In this document: in pieces, positions 9,212 to 19,169 of the stretch | Layout: each line of letters begins with the position of its first letter | Numbering within the stretch: position 1 is the first letter of the stretch | Source: Bdellovibrionales bacterium | GTDB taxonomy: Bacteria > Bdellovibrionota > Bdellovibrionia > Bdellovibrionales > UBA1609 | Reading direction: 5' to 3' | Assembly (NCBI GenBank): GCA_965199825.1 | Contig: OZ241329.1 | Span: forward strand, 1,568,001-1,632,000 | DNA length: 64,000 nucleotides | Notes under the pieces: model-generated | What the model saw: the letters and a program-made list of their open reading frames with translations, nothing else | What the model was told of the DNA's origin: nothing | Databases searched by the model: none | Program-made: the position numbers and the translations under genes

Positions 9212-9909
9212 AAACGAACGCCCGCCTTCGCGCTATAAACAAAATCATGATAGCGATCGACCTCACCCGCGATAAAATAAATATCGTGATGATAGGTTAA
9301 ACCAAGAACCGAATGAATGGTTGAGGCATGCTCATGAAGGGTATTGCTGTTTGGGTCCACAAGACTTGGATCAACAACGCCATCGCCAGAATTTCCGCCG
9401 GTAAAATTCGCATCAGCCGTGAGATATCCTGCGCCCAAAAAAATTGATAAATCCTCGACATTGATTCCAGCAACCATTTGAAATCCATAACTCTGGGTCG
9501 AAAAAGAATCTTTGATTCCGATCTGATCGGCGTGGGCAATCAGACTCAAGTTGATCGGCAATAATTCGGATTGGAAAAACGACCAACGAAACAATGCGCC
9601 AAATTCAGAGATCCGCGATTTGCCGATAGGTGGAACAAAATGAATAAACGAATCGATATTCTCGAATAGCCCTTTGCCTAAACTGAGTGAGGGAAATTGC
9701 AGGTCCTGTTGGGCAAGGGGTCCAAGACTAATCGATTCAAACGCAAGGCCCACCTCAACACCCGAAAATCCGCCAAGGGGTAAAGGATTACTCAAAATTT
9801 TTGTGCTGGTATTAAACCCGAGCAGATGAACAACGGTTGATCGCTGATCTGCGTTTAGGTTTTTAGGAATATCAAAAGCAAAAGCTTGAAGGACAAACAA
9901 AATCCACAT
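9208..9909 (-). CDS. Putative outer-membrane beta-barrel protein
   Basis: Short signal peptide, amphipathic beta strands, C-terminal AKAGVRF. Confidence 0.7.
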   Translation of the reverse strand: MWILFVLQAFAFDIPKNLNADQRSTVVHLLGFNTSTKILSNPLPLGGFSGVEVGLAFESISLGPLAQQDLQFPSLSLGKGLFENIDSFIHFVPPIGKSRISEFGALFRWSFFQSELLPINLSLIAHADQIGIKDSFSTQSYGFQMVAGINVEDLSIFLGAGYLTADANFTGGNSGDGVVDPSLVDPNSNTLHEHASTIHSVLGLTYHHDIYFIAGEVDRYHDFVYSAKAGVRF

Positions 9910-9934
9910 GCACCAAAGTGTACATGTAAAACTA

Positions 9935-10978
9935 TTAAGCCTTCAACACTAAGAGCACCGCTTGCAGGGCGGTTTGTGCGGATGTTGCAACCGCGGTTGT
10001 GCCGGTGCTGAGTCGTGTGAGCAAATCTTTAAAGGGAACAAAGCTTGAGGTGTTTACGGTCGTTGGTGTTTGCCCACTGGTCTGAGTATTTGTACCGGCT
10101 TGAGTTGCCAATTTTCCAACCAATGTGATTGCTTGAATATCGCCTTCAACAGGGCCGCCTGTTCTTAAGACGGTCTCTAAAATTTTAAGATTCCCCATGG
10201 TTTGATATTTGGCAATTTGGGCTTGGGCTGCAGTGGCCACTGGTCCTGCTTGTTTTAGAGCACCTGCCAAAAGATTAAAACTTTGTACAGATTGGATTCC
10301 ACCGAGTGTGGTTACCGCAAGTGTTTGCATCTCTTGACGTGAGTCGGTGAGCATACTTTGGAGGAGTTTGTAAAACACCGCAGATGTGACGCTTCCTGCT
10401 TTGTAGGCTTTCAAAAAAGCAGCGGCGGCAGCGGCGTCGGGTTGATTCAACAATCGACGTTCCCACTCAGAGGCTTGATTGGCAGTTTGGTTATAACTTG
10501 TGGTGCCCGCACTGGTTGGAGCCGCAGCAGGTGGATTTGTTTTAGCCGAAGGATTATTTGAACCCGCTTGGCCCGGAGGTTGTTGCGGATTGATTTTTGG
10601 CAGCTCATGAGTGGGCATTGGAAGTTGAGGAGCTGGAAGAGCCACTGAAGCATCTTTTTTCTTTTTCTTCTTCTTTTTCTTTTCATCCTTTTTCTTGTCG
10701 TCGGCTTTGGCAGGCATCACTAAGCCACGCTCACCCACGGGATGCGAAAAGGTATTGGATTCGGGATAATGAAAGGATTGATCTTCGTCTTCTTCGGTAT
10801 CGAGTTCTTCGGTATCATCGGCGGGGCGAACATAGGGAGTTTCGTCAATGTTGAGGGCACCCTTAAGCTGAGCATCTTGGGTCACGCCCAAAGAACCTCT
10901 TTTTTTGCTCAAGTTCAAGAAACCGCCAAAGGCGAGGATGATCAAAAGAATATAAAAATGATGTTTTTTGAATTCCAT
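9935..10978 (-). CDS. Membrane-anchored hypothetical protein with acidic, poly-Lys and Pro/Ala-rich linker and a helical C-terminal domain
   Basis: 347 aa ORF; N-terminal TM segment; KKKDEKKKKKKKKKD tract. Confidence 0.75.
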   Translation of the reverse strand: MEFKKHHFYILLIILAFGGFLNLSKKRGSLGVTQDAQLKGALNIDETPYVRPADDTEELDTEEDEDQSFHYPESNTFSHPVGERGLVMPAKADDKKKDEKKKKKKKKKDASVALPAPQLPMPTHELPKINPQQPPGQAGSNNPSAKTNPPAAAPTSAGTTSYNQTANQASEWERRLLNQPDAAAAAAFLKAYKAGSVTSAVFYKLLQSMLTDSRQEMQTLAVTTLGGIQSVQSFNLLAGALKQAGPVATAAQAQIAKYQTMGNLKILETVLRTGGPVEGDIQAITLVGKLATQAGTNTQTSGQTPTTVNTSSFVPFKDLLTRLSTGTTAVATSAQTALQAVLLVLKA

Positions 10979-11058
10979 ACTGTTTTACTATTCGAGAAGA
11001 GTGCCGAGCTTAAACCCTCGAAATGTTTAGCTTCTGTTGGGCTTAAGCCGTTTAAGAG

Positions 11059-11988
11059 ATGACAAAAGTTTCGACAACCGCCAAAGGCCTTAAAAATAAC
11101 CATAGGTTTCAAGGACTTAATGTGATCAACACCTCCGTGCCTCAAAGTGACCAATTTGGCTCATTGTTAATCGAGGCTCAAACCCAACCCAAAGCCTTTG
11201 CCCGCTTTTTAACCCTTGTGGAGCGTTTGGGTGTTGAGGCTTATCGGGATCAGTCTTTTTTGTCGGCCCCACGCCGAGCCATCCGACTTGGGATTACGGG
11301 CCCCCCGGGGGCGGGCAAATCCACCTTAGTCGATAAACTTTTAAGAGAATTTAAAAGCATTTATAAAAAAATAGGAGTGATCGCGGTTGATCCCTCCTCG
11401 CCCTTTTCAAAAGGGGCCATCCTTGGTGATCGCATTCGTTATAGCGATCATTTTTTAGATCCACAGATCTTTATTCGCTCGGTGGGCAGTCGCGGAAGTT
11501 TGGGCGGAATTTCTGGAGCGGTTCATCTGATGCTGCGGGCATTTGATGCATGTGATTTTGATGTGGTGTTGATCGAGACCGTGGGAGTAGGCCAAACCGA
11601 ACTCGATATTCTTTATGTGGCAGATCAGATTTGTGTGGTGCTGGTGCCCGAATCTGGCGATTCAATTCAAGCGATGAAGGCCGGCCTCTTAGAAATTGCC
11701 GATGCATTTATCGTCAACAAAGCGGATCGACCGGGTGCCGATAGTCTGGTTAAAGAACTTCATGGCGCGAACGAAGGTAAACCCATCTTTAAAACCATCG
11801 CAACCCAAGGTAGAAATTTAGAGGAACTCATCCAATTTTTTGCAACCGCACAAATCAAACCTCAAAACTTGCGTGAAGAAGCAAAGGCCTTATTGCGAAT
11901 TCGGTTTGAAGACGAGCTCGAACAAAAGGTTTCTGCGATGCAGTCGCCGGCCGATTTTCAAAAAATTATTTTGGATTTAAAGCCGTAG
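11059..11988 (+). CDS. meaB: MeaB/ArgK-family GTPase (methylmalonyl-CoA mutase chaperone family); true start probably further downstream
   Basis: GITGPPGAGKSTL, AVDPSSPFSKGAILGDRIR, IETVGVGQTE, GDSIQAMKAGLLEIAD, VNKAD. Confidence 0.93.
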   Translation: MTKVSTTAKGLKNNHRFQGLNVINTSVPQSDQFGSLLIEAQTQPKAFARFLTLVERLGVEAYRDQSFLSAPRRAIRLGITGPPGAGKSTLVDKLLREFKSIYKKIGVIAVDPSSPFSKGAILGDRIRYSDHFLDPQIFIRSVGSRGSLGGISGAVHLMLRAFDACDFDVVLIETVGVGQTELDILYVADQICVVLVPESGDSIQAMKAGLLEIADAFIVNKADRPGADSLVKELHGANEGKPIFKTIATQGRNLEELIQFFATAQIKPQNLREEAKALLRIRFEDELEQKVSAMQSPADFQKIILDLKP

Positions 11989-12985
11989 TACAGGCATCCG
12001 AAAAATTCCATTTAACACCACGGCCTTCCTCAACAGTCTGCTCAATCAAGCCTGGGTATTTATTTTCTACGAACCGCAATGTGTCTTCAAAAACTGCAGG
12101 CAATCGCCAATTTTGGACAGTACGGTAATACTCAACCGAGTGGACAATTGGTTTTAGTTTTTTATCACCTAAGATTTTAAGCAAGGCGGCATACCGTTCG
12201 TAATGAAGATAAAAGCCGCGTAAAGTTTTGTTATTCGGCATCAGTTCGGACTCATTAAAAATCGCATTAACGTTACTGTAATAAAATAAAGTTTGACGAT
12301 AGTTTTGGATTTCGGCCTCTGAGGCCCGAACAAAAAAATTGTCAGATTTGGCCGAAGACGAATATTTATAGCCCATTGCCGCAAGAACCAAATAAAGATC
12401 CAACTTCAAAGCAGGATCATTGAGGTCTCCAAACCGACCAAATCCCAAGGATTCAAAACGCTCGACAATGGATTGGTTGATCAAACTCAACTCGAGAAGA
12501 TAGCCAAAAGCCATATGGGATTTTTTGGCATAGGTAACTGCGGAGTTTGCATCCACATTTAAATCATTTGTATTTGAAATAAAAATACCCTCGGGCCGAG
12601 GCGTCAGAGTGATCGATCCTGATAAAGATCTAAATTTGATCGCATACAAATTGTAACGCCCAAAAAATGGCTTGAGCGTAGGGTGAATACTTAAATAATT
12701 TAAAAAATAATCAAGCGCTGTGATGGACTGAAATTCAAGCTGATAAAGTTGATAAACTGAAAATGTGTAGTCATTGTATTCATCATGTTGTTTGAGCCAA
12801 TCTTTTCTTTGAATCAAGCTTGATCGCAGCAGTGTGGCGCCGTTGCGACAAAGTCCAATGCTCAATTCTTCTTCCGAAATTTTATGATCACTAAATTGAT
12901 CGAATAGATCAAAAACCGCCTGGGTCTTTTGACCTTGAGAGGCAAATATTTGAAACGCAAATAACAAAGATAAGATTGTCACCAT
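11966..12985 (-). CDS. Hypothetical secreted protein
   Basis: 339 aa ORF with signal-peptide-like start; no motif recognised. Confidence 0.7.
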   Translation of the reverse strand: MVTILSLLFAFQIFASQGQKTQAVFDLFDQFSDHKISEEELSIGLCRNGATLLRSSLIQRKDWLKQHDEYNDYTFSVYQLYQLEFQSITALDYFLNYLSIHPTLKPFFGRYNLYAIKFRSLSGSITLTPRPEGIFISNTNDLNVDANSAVTYAKKSHMAFGYLLELSLINQSIVERFESLGFGRFGDLNDPALKLDLYLVLAAMGYKYSSSAKSDNFFVRASEAEIQNYRQTLFYYSNVNAIFNESELMPNNKTLRGFYLHYERYAALLKILGDKKLKPIVHSVEYYRTVQNWRLPAVFEDTLRFVENKYPGLIEQTVEEGRGVKWNFSDACTTALNPK

Positions 12986-13035
12986 TTGAGCGCATGGTCT
13001 AAAGCGCTAACGTAAAGGTGGCAAGCGCCATCGAA

Positions 13036-13716
13036 TTAATTTTTTTTATAAAGAAGAAATGTAACTGATGACACAACCATCATTGCACTTAAAATCGAGG
13101 AGATGCTTAAAATTCCAAGTGAAGGCCCACGTGGATCGTCGCGAAAAAACTCAATGATAAAGCGACCTAAACCATGAAAGCCAAGCCAAATCATAAACTG
13201 ATTGCGTTTACTTTTAAGTAAAAAACCTGCCAAAATTAATTCGTAAGCCACCATGTAAAGTTGGGTGGGGTGTCGAAAGGTGCCCCAGGGAAATTCGCAG
13301 ATTTTTCCATAACAACATCCGTTGAGAAAGCAGGCGATGCGGCCAAGTCCGTAAGCGATCGCAATTGTGGGAGCAAAAAAATTGGCCCATTTTAAAAAGG
13401 GCTCGCCCTGGATTTTGCACCACAGGGCTGCACCAAGTAAGCCGCCGAGCACTCCGCCATACCAAACAAAGCCGCCCTGCCAAATGGCAAAGATCTGGCC
13501 AGGATGTTTAAAATAAAAATCAAAATCTTCATATAAAATATGAAAGAGGCGGGCACCAACAAAGCCGGTGATAAACACCGCCAGCAACAAATCTAGAGCC
13601 CTTTGATCCTCTGCTCTTTTTGCAGTCCAAAACACAACACCACAACTCACCAAACTTAAAACTAAAATATAGCTTGAGATGGTGAGATCAAATGGCAGAT
13701 GAACAAGGGGATACAT
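13036..13716 (-). CDS. lgt: Prolipoprotein diacylglyceryl transferase
   Basis: GARLFHI, IWQGGFVWYGG, GRIACFLNGCCYG, RHPTQLY, RFIIEFFR. Confidence 0.97.
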   Translation of the reverse strand: MYPLVHLPFDLTISSYILVLSLVSCGVVFWTAKRAEDQRALDLLLAVFITGFVGARLFHILYEDFDFYFKHPGQIFAIWQGGFVWYGGVLGGLLGAALWCKIQGEPFLKWANFFAPTIAIAYGLGRIACFLNGCCYGKICEFPWGTFRHPTQLYMVAYELILAGFLLKSKRNQFMIWLGFHGLGRFIIEFFRDDPRGPSLGILSISSILSAMMVVSSVTFLLYKKN

Positions 13717-13717
13717 T

Positions 13718-14227
13718 CTATGATTTGGCCAGCTTGCGCTCGTCGTAGGATTGTTTGAGCATTAACATCACCAAAATTCCTACACCCACCACGATGCACG
13801 AGTCGGCAATATTAAATGAAGGGTAGGTGTAAAAATCTTTGTAATGCACCTCAATAAAATCGATCACATATCCAAAGCGGATACGGTCGATGTAATTGCC
13901 GATGGCTCCGCCAAAAATCAGTGAGAGCGCCACCACTTGTACGCGGTCGCTTGACGGAACACCACGCAGAATACTTAAGATAAAAAGCAGCGCAATCGGC
14001 GGCATTGAAAGAAAAAACACGCTTCTAAAACTTTCGTGCCAGTCGCGCATAATTCCCCAGGCCGCACCGGTGTTGCGCACGTAAGTGATGTTAAACAAGT
14101 CTTGTATGACCACCATCACTTCGCCCAATTGAAAGTGAGAGTGAATATAAATTTTTATCAGTTGATCAATCACAATGGACACAATGCTGATCACCACAAG
14201 ATACAAATATTTGGACTCAATTTTCAT
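13718..14227 (-). CDS. lspA: Lipoprotein signal peptidase II
   Basis: DQLIK, NTGAAWG, GGAIGNYIDR, GYVIDFI, FNIADSCI. Confidence 0.98.
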   Translation of the reverse strand: MKIESKYLYLVVISIVSIVIDQLIKIYIHSHFQLGEVMVVIQDLFNITYVRNTGAAWGIMRDWHESFRSVFFLSMPPIALLFILSILRGVPSSDRVQVVALSLIFGGAIGNYIDRIRFGYVIDFIEVHYKDFYTYPSFNIADSCIVVGVGILVMLMLKQSYDERKLAKS

Positions 14228-16971
14228 GTCAAAGCCTCAACACATTTAGGGCAAACTTCGGGGAACGTTTGATTCTGACCTGTTTGTTCATCATAAGTCC
14301 AGCAGCGAACACATTTTTGGCCCTTCGCTTTTTGAACTTCGATTTTTAATTCATTTGCGCTTGCGAGTTGAAGTTGTGAAACAATAAAAAATTCGAGCAT
14401 TTCATTTTTGTATTTTTCAAAAATGGAATAAAGCGCAGCCGGCGCATGGATCACAACCGCAGCATCGAGATTGGCCCCGATTTCACCCGTTTTACGAAGG
14501 GCCTCGAGTTTTTTTGAAACCTCGGAGCGCAGTTTTAATAATTCCGAAAAATCCTCTTTGATTTTTGGATCAAGCCATTGTTTTTGACCTTTGGGAAAAT
14601 CCATCAACAAAACACTTTCAGGTTTAGGTCCAGGAATGTGTTCAAAAGTTTCTTCGGCCAAAAATGTCAGGATGGGCGCCATGCTGGTTGTCAGTTGAAT
14701 CAGCATTTCGTAAATCACGGTTTGGGCCGAGCGTCTGGCCACACCGGTTTTTTTCCAAGTGTAAAGACGATCTTTGATCGCATCAAGATAGGTTGCCGAC
14801 AAATCGACGGTAAAAAAATTATTGAGCGCGTGATACACTTTGTAAAAATCAAATGAATCATAAGCTTTGTTGAGATCATGAATGAGTTCTTGCAATCGAT
14901 TGAGCGCAAATCGATCAAGGGCGCGCATATCTTTGAGTTCGACTTTATCTTTTGTTGGATCAAAATCACCTAAGTTTCCAAGCATAAAACGAATGGTGTT
15001 ACGAAAGCGCCGATAGGTTTCGGTGATGCGTTGAAACATCTCATCCCCCACCGTCACATCTTGACCGTAATCTTCGTAAGCCACCCAAAGTCGCAAAATT
15101 TCTGCGCCACTTTTTTTGATCACATCTGCGGGATCGACCACGTTGCCAACACTTTTACTCATCTTAAATCCCTTGGCATCGTTCACAAATCCGTGAGTCA
15201 CCAAACCTTTAAATGGAGGAATACCTTCGGACGCAATCGAGGAGAGCAAACTGGTTTGAAACCAGCCTCGATGTTGATCGGAACCTTCAAGATAAATATC
15301 GCTCGGATAGGTCATGCCCTTGCGCCGGCGCTGCACAGCCTTGTGACATGTGCCGCTGTCAAACCACACATCCATAATGTCTCGTCCCTTTTTAAATTTC
15401 GAACTTTGACATTTTTCGCAGGCCTCACCTTGAGTGAACTCTTCAACCGGAGTGGAGTGGTAAGCCTCAAGACCAAGTTTTGTGGTCTCCATCACATCGG
15501 CCACTCGATTCATCACGCTCGGTTTGGCGAGGGGATGCCCGCAATCTTCACAATAAAAAACAGGAATCGGAACTCCCCACGTGCGCTGACGACTCAGACA
15601 CCAGTCGGGAGCATTGGTGAGCATCGACACCATTCGATTTTCACCCCACTTGGGAACAAATTTAATTTTGCTCTCACAGGCCTTAAGAGCCATTTCGCGC
15701 AGAGGATAATTTGTGTCATCCATTCGGATAAACCACTGCGGAGTCGATCTAAAGATAAGTGGAGTTTTTGATCGAGGATCGTGAGGATAGCTATGAGTGA
15801 TTTCTTTGACCTGCAGCAAATGGCCAGAGTTTTTTAGTTTATCAATAATGATTTTGTTCGCATCCCAAATTTTGACGCCCTGAAGTTCGGGAAATTCGGC
15901 GGTGAACCGGCCCGCTTCATCGATGGGTGAAAAAACCGGAAGACCGTATTTTTGTCCAACGATATAATCATCCATCCCATGGCCCGGTGCCGTGTGCACC
16001 ACGCCGGAGGCTTCGTTTAAAACATGATCACCAAAAATAATCATCGATCCACGATCGATAAAAGGATGTTTTAAAAATTTGCGCTCAAGAATTTGCGGTT
16101 TTACTCGTTTGACTTCGGTGAGAGTCAAACCGGTTTCTTTTTCGATATTTTCTTTTAATTCGGCAGCAAAAAATAAATATTCATCACCACTATCAAACAC
16201 ACCATATTCAAAATCGGGATGGAGCGTGACTCCGTAATTGGCAGGAAGTGTCCAAGGTGTGGTGGTCCAAATCACAAAGGCCAGGGGTTTATCTGAAATT
16301 CCCAATGGCGAAGTGTCTTCTAAATAAAATTTAACAAAAATCGAAGGACTTTTGTGGTCATGGTATTCAACCTCGGCCGCCGCAAGTGCGGTTTGGAGTG
16401 CTGGGCTCCAGTACACCGGTTTTTCGCCGCGATAAAAAATTCCGTTTTCGGTAATGCGACTAAGAACTCGCACTTCATCGGCCTCATACTCTGGCGCCAT
16501 TGTAATATAGGGATGATCCCAATCGCCCAAAATTCCGAGTCGTTGAAATTGCTTTCGTTGTTCATCAATCCAAAGATTGGCTTCGGCGCGACACAAATCT
16601 CTGAGCTCTCGATCAGAAAGTTGTTTTCTTTTGTCACCAAGACGTTTTGTCACTTTAAGTTCGATTGGTAAACCGTGACAGTCCCAGCCCGGAATATAAG
16701 GAGAATGAAAGCCGTTCATATTTTTAAATTTGATTACGATATCTTTAAGAACTTTATTGAGCACATGGCCCACATGAATGTCGCCATTGGCATAAGGCGG
16801 TCCATCCACCATCACAAACGAAGTTTTACCTTCGTTTTTGTCGACCATTTTTTGATATGTGTTTTTAGTTTTCCAATCTGCAATTCGTAGAGGTTCGGTC
16901 TCGGTGAGATTTCCCTTCATCGAGAATTTTGTTTGCGGCAGATTGAGTGTGTCTTTGTAGTTTACTGGCAC
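14224..16971 (-). CDS. ileS: Isoleucine--tRNA ligase
   Basis: DGPPYANGDIHVGH, GWDCHGLPIE, WTTTPWTLP, KMSKS, C-terminal Zn finger CVRCW...CPKC; GTG 16971 lies behind GAAAGGA. Confidence 0.99.
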   Translation of the reverse strand: MPVNYKDTLNLPQTKFSMKGNLTETEPLRIADWKTKNTYQKMVDKNEGKTSFVMVDGPPYANGDIHVGHVLNKVLKDIVIKFKNMNGFHSPYIPGWDCHGLPIELKVTKRLGDKRKQLSDRELRDLCRAEANLWIDEQRKQFQRLGILGDWDHPYITMAPEYEADEVRVLSRITENGIFYRGEKPVYWSPALQTALAAAEVEYHDHKSPSIFVKFYLEDTSPLGISDKPLAFVIWTTTPWTLPANYGVTLHPDFEYGVFDSGDEYLFFAAELKENIEKETGLTLTEVKRVKPQILERKFLKHPFIDRGSMIIFGDHVLNEASGVVHTAPGHGMDDYIVGQKYGLPVFSPIDEAGRFTAEFPELQGVKIWDANKIIIDKLKNSGHLLQVKEITHSYPHDPRSKTPLIFRSTPQWFIRMDDTNYPLREMALKACESKIKFVPKWGENRMVSMLTNAPDWCLSRQRTWGVPIPVFYCEDCGHPLAKPSVMNRVADVMETTKLGLEAYHSTPVEEFTQGEACEKCQSSKFKKGRDIMDVWFDSGTCHKAVQRRRKGMTYPSDIYLEGSDQHRGWFQTSLLSSIASEGIPPFKGLVTHGFVNDAKGFKMSKSVGNVVDPADVIKKSGAEILRLWVAYEDYGQDVTVGDEMFQRITETYRRFRNTIRFMLGNLGDFDPTKDKVELKDMRALDRFALNRLQELIHDLNKAYDSFDFYKVYHALNNFFTVDLSATYLDAIKDRLYTWKKTGVARRSAQTVIYEMLIQLTTSMAPILTFLAEETFEHIPGPKPESVLLMDFPKGQKQWLDPKIKEDFSELLKLRSEVSKKLEALRKTGEIGANLDAAVVIHAPAALYSIFEKYKNEMLEFFIVSQLQLASANELKIEVQKAKGQKCVRCWTYDEQTGQNQTFPEVCPKCVEALT

Positions 16972-16982
16972 GGATGGTCCTT

Positions 16983-17459
16983 TCACGGCGGAAGCAGGGG
17001 TTTTATTTTTTCAAATCCTAACAGCACAAGCATACGCAAAGCTTCCAACTCGGAACTTAAATTTAATCGTTTTTGGACTTCACGTAAAATCTCGAGTGAT
17101 TTTGTGTCAATGGGGTTTGTGGCTGGAAGCGATGATTCAATGTGAGTGGTTGTCAGAGTTTGAGTTTGAACGGTTTGTTTTACAGCAGTCGCCATTTCGG
17201 GTTCTTGATCGAACTCTTTAAATCCTTGGGCTAAATTTTTGAGATCTGATTTAAAAGCATTGGCACCCACTTGTGAATCTTGATCCCAAGGGGTGACCGC
17301 ACTGCCGTAGCGTTTAGCATGGAGATAAAGGCTCACCAATGCATCGGCCGATAGCGCACGTTCGCGTACGCTTTGAGGTTGAGCTTTGAGCCAATTGAAC
17401 GCCTGAGCAAGGACTTCACGTGTGTAGGCCTGGGGCGGTGGAGTATTAGAAATCGCCAT
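16983..17459 (-). CDS. Hypothetical protein upstream of ileS
   Basis: 158 aa ORF co-oriented with and adjacent to ileS; short helical C-terminal segment (LNLSSELEALRML). Confidence 0.75.
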   Translation of the reverse strand: MAISNTPPPQAYTREVLAQAFNWLKAQPQSVRERALSADALVSLYLHAKRYGSAVTPWDQDSQVGANAFKSDLKNLAQGFKEFDQEPEMATAVKQTVQTQTLTTTHIESSLPATNPIDTKSLEILREVQKRLNLSSELEALRMLVLLGFEKIKPLLPP

Positions 17460-17527
17460 TCGAACCGGCTAACTTACCGGTTCGATCAAGTCATCATCAA
17501 GATCGACTTCGAGGTGAGCGGCGTGCG

Positions 17528-18373
17528 TTATAGAGAAGTGGTCTGGACGTCGCTGAGATTCAAGATAGGCGCAGCGGGCTTGTCGGTTTTTTGTAACCGA
17601 ATTGCCATTACCAAAACTTCTTTTTTGGCATTGGTAAAGTCCACCAAAATTTTGAGGTCTGAACCGTCAATTTTAACTCGGGCGGTGATCAAAAGTTTTT
17701 CTTCTTTTAGGGTCAGTTTATAAATTTTTTCTGCCGTGCTGAAATGACTTGTATTCAACAGCTGAGCAAAAACATTGCGCACTTTCAGATTGATGGGTCC
17801 ATTAAGGTCGGTGGTATTTGTTCCATCCGCGTCGGCCTTCACATTCAACTGAAGACCAAGCTCAACCGATTGAACGCTTTTGTTTTCATTGACAGTTAAG
17901 CCAGTTAAAATCCGCATCTGATCAATCAAAAAACTTGCTTTGTTATCAACATAATTAAATTGAGCCCCAAGTTGGCCACTGTTGATTGTCATATAGAGTA
18001 AGCTTTGATCTTCTTTTGAAGCCAATCGAACCGCAGCCTCGACCGTTGTGTAAGAGCCAGATTCAACATCTTGAATCTGTGCACTTTCGGCTAATGAAGG
18101 ATCAATGATTTGGCTAAACATCGCATCGCGATCGGCTTGAGCCATTTTTGTCGAAGTCACCGAGACTTTTGATTTTACGGTGGACATTCCTGCCGTGCGC
18201 AGTTGGGCTTTGGATTGAGCACTATTCAATGCACCTGCAGATCCCATTGCACCCGCTCCGCTGCCGCGGTTGATTTGGGTTTTGGTATCCTTTTCTGGAG
18301 CACATCCGATTGTGAGTAGCGCGAAACTTGTCACCGAAAAGCCAAGAATTGCCAAAATTCGTCGATTTACCAT
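17528..18373 (-). CDS. Hypothetical lipoprotein
   Basis: Lipobox-like LTIGC after a hydrophobic stretch; AGGGAGGG RBS. Confidence 0.75.
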   Translation of the reverse strand: MVNRRILAILGFSVTSFALLTIGCAPEKDTKTQINRGSGAGAMGSAGALNSAQSKAQLRTAGMSTVKSKVSVTSTKMAQADRDAMFSQIIDPSLAESAQIQDVESGSYTTVEAAVRLASKEDQSLLYMTINSGQLGAQFNYVDNKASFLIDQMRILTGLTVNENKSVQSVELGLQLNVKADADGTNTTDLNGPINLKVRNVFAQLLNTSHFSTAEKIYKLTLKEEKLLITARVKIDGSDLKILVDFTNAKKEVLVMAIRLQKTDKPAAPILNLSDVQTTSL

Positions 18374-18485
18374 GATTAAAACCCTCCCTCATACCTCTGA
18401 AGCAATTCATTACAAGAAGGGGACCATCTACAAAAAATGGTGAGAGCCTCAGGATCAATTGGAATGTTTTGGTGAGCTCTGATAA

Positions 18486-19169
18486 ATGTTCGCTATGATA
18501 CAATCTATTTATACTCTATTTTTGGCTATAGCCTTCCCACACTTTGCGTTTGCTCAATGCAATCTTTCAAAGCCTATTATGATCGAACAGATTCGTTTCA
18601 AAGATGTAATGTTTAAAAATTTATATTTTCAGAAGGATTCACCAGCAATTGAAATCACTGATAGAGACGGCCGTTCTATCCTCTTATTATCTCCCATACT
18701 ATTTAAACGTTTGATTGCGACAGAAACTTTTATTGAGGCTTCTATGCCCTACGAATTTGAAGACCTAAAACGTCTGATGGGCAGGGCTTTAAGGGGAGAG
18801 ATAATTCATCTTACCGGAGCGAGAACTAAGAATGAAATGTTTTTGGTCAATCGGGAAAAAGTTGAGATTGCATCATGGATCCGAGTGATCCGACCTAAGG
18901 TTGTCCTTTCAAAGTTTTCTGAAATTTTAGACGAAGTTGATCGACGAAAAGCTTTTGTTCTTGCCAATGAAATTGGTCGTCCGATGGCCGTGCTAAGAAT
19001 GGTAAAGGTCGCGGATCAAAATTTGACCCGCATTAACTATAAAGATTTTAGTAACGAAGAATTAATCTTAAATGTCATCGAGCGCAGTTTTAAAAATAAA
19101 GAGAGCTTTGGGGTGTATCAACGACATGGAACTTACCAATTCGGGATATTTCCACTCGACGCTTTCTAA
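18486..19169 (+). CDS. Hypothetical secreted protein
   Basis: 227 aa ORF, signal peptide ending AFA-Q. Confidence 0.65.
   Translation: MFAMIQSIYTLFLAIAFPHFAFAQCNLSKPIMIEQIRFKDVMFKNLYFQKDSPAIEITDRDGRSILLLSPILFKRLIATETFIEASMPYEFEDLKRLMGRALRGEIIHLTGARTKNEMFLVNREKVEIASWIRVIRPKVVLSKFSEILDEVDRRKAFVLANEIGRPMAVLRMVKVADQNLTRINYKDFSNEELILNVIERSFKNKESFGVYQRHGTYQFGIFPLDAF

Noticed and set aside
15031..15771. 246-aa plus-strand ORF
   Set aside because: It is an antisense shadow of ileS; the same applies to the other short ORFs nested in confident genes.
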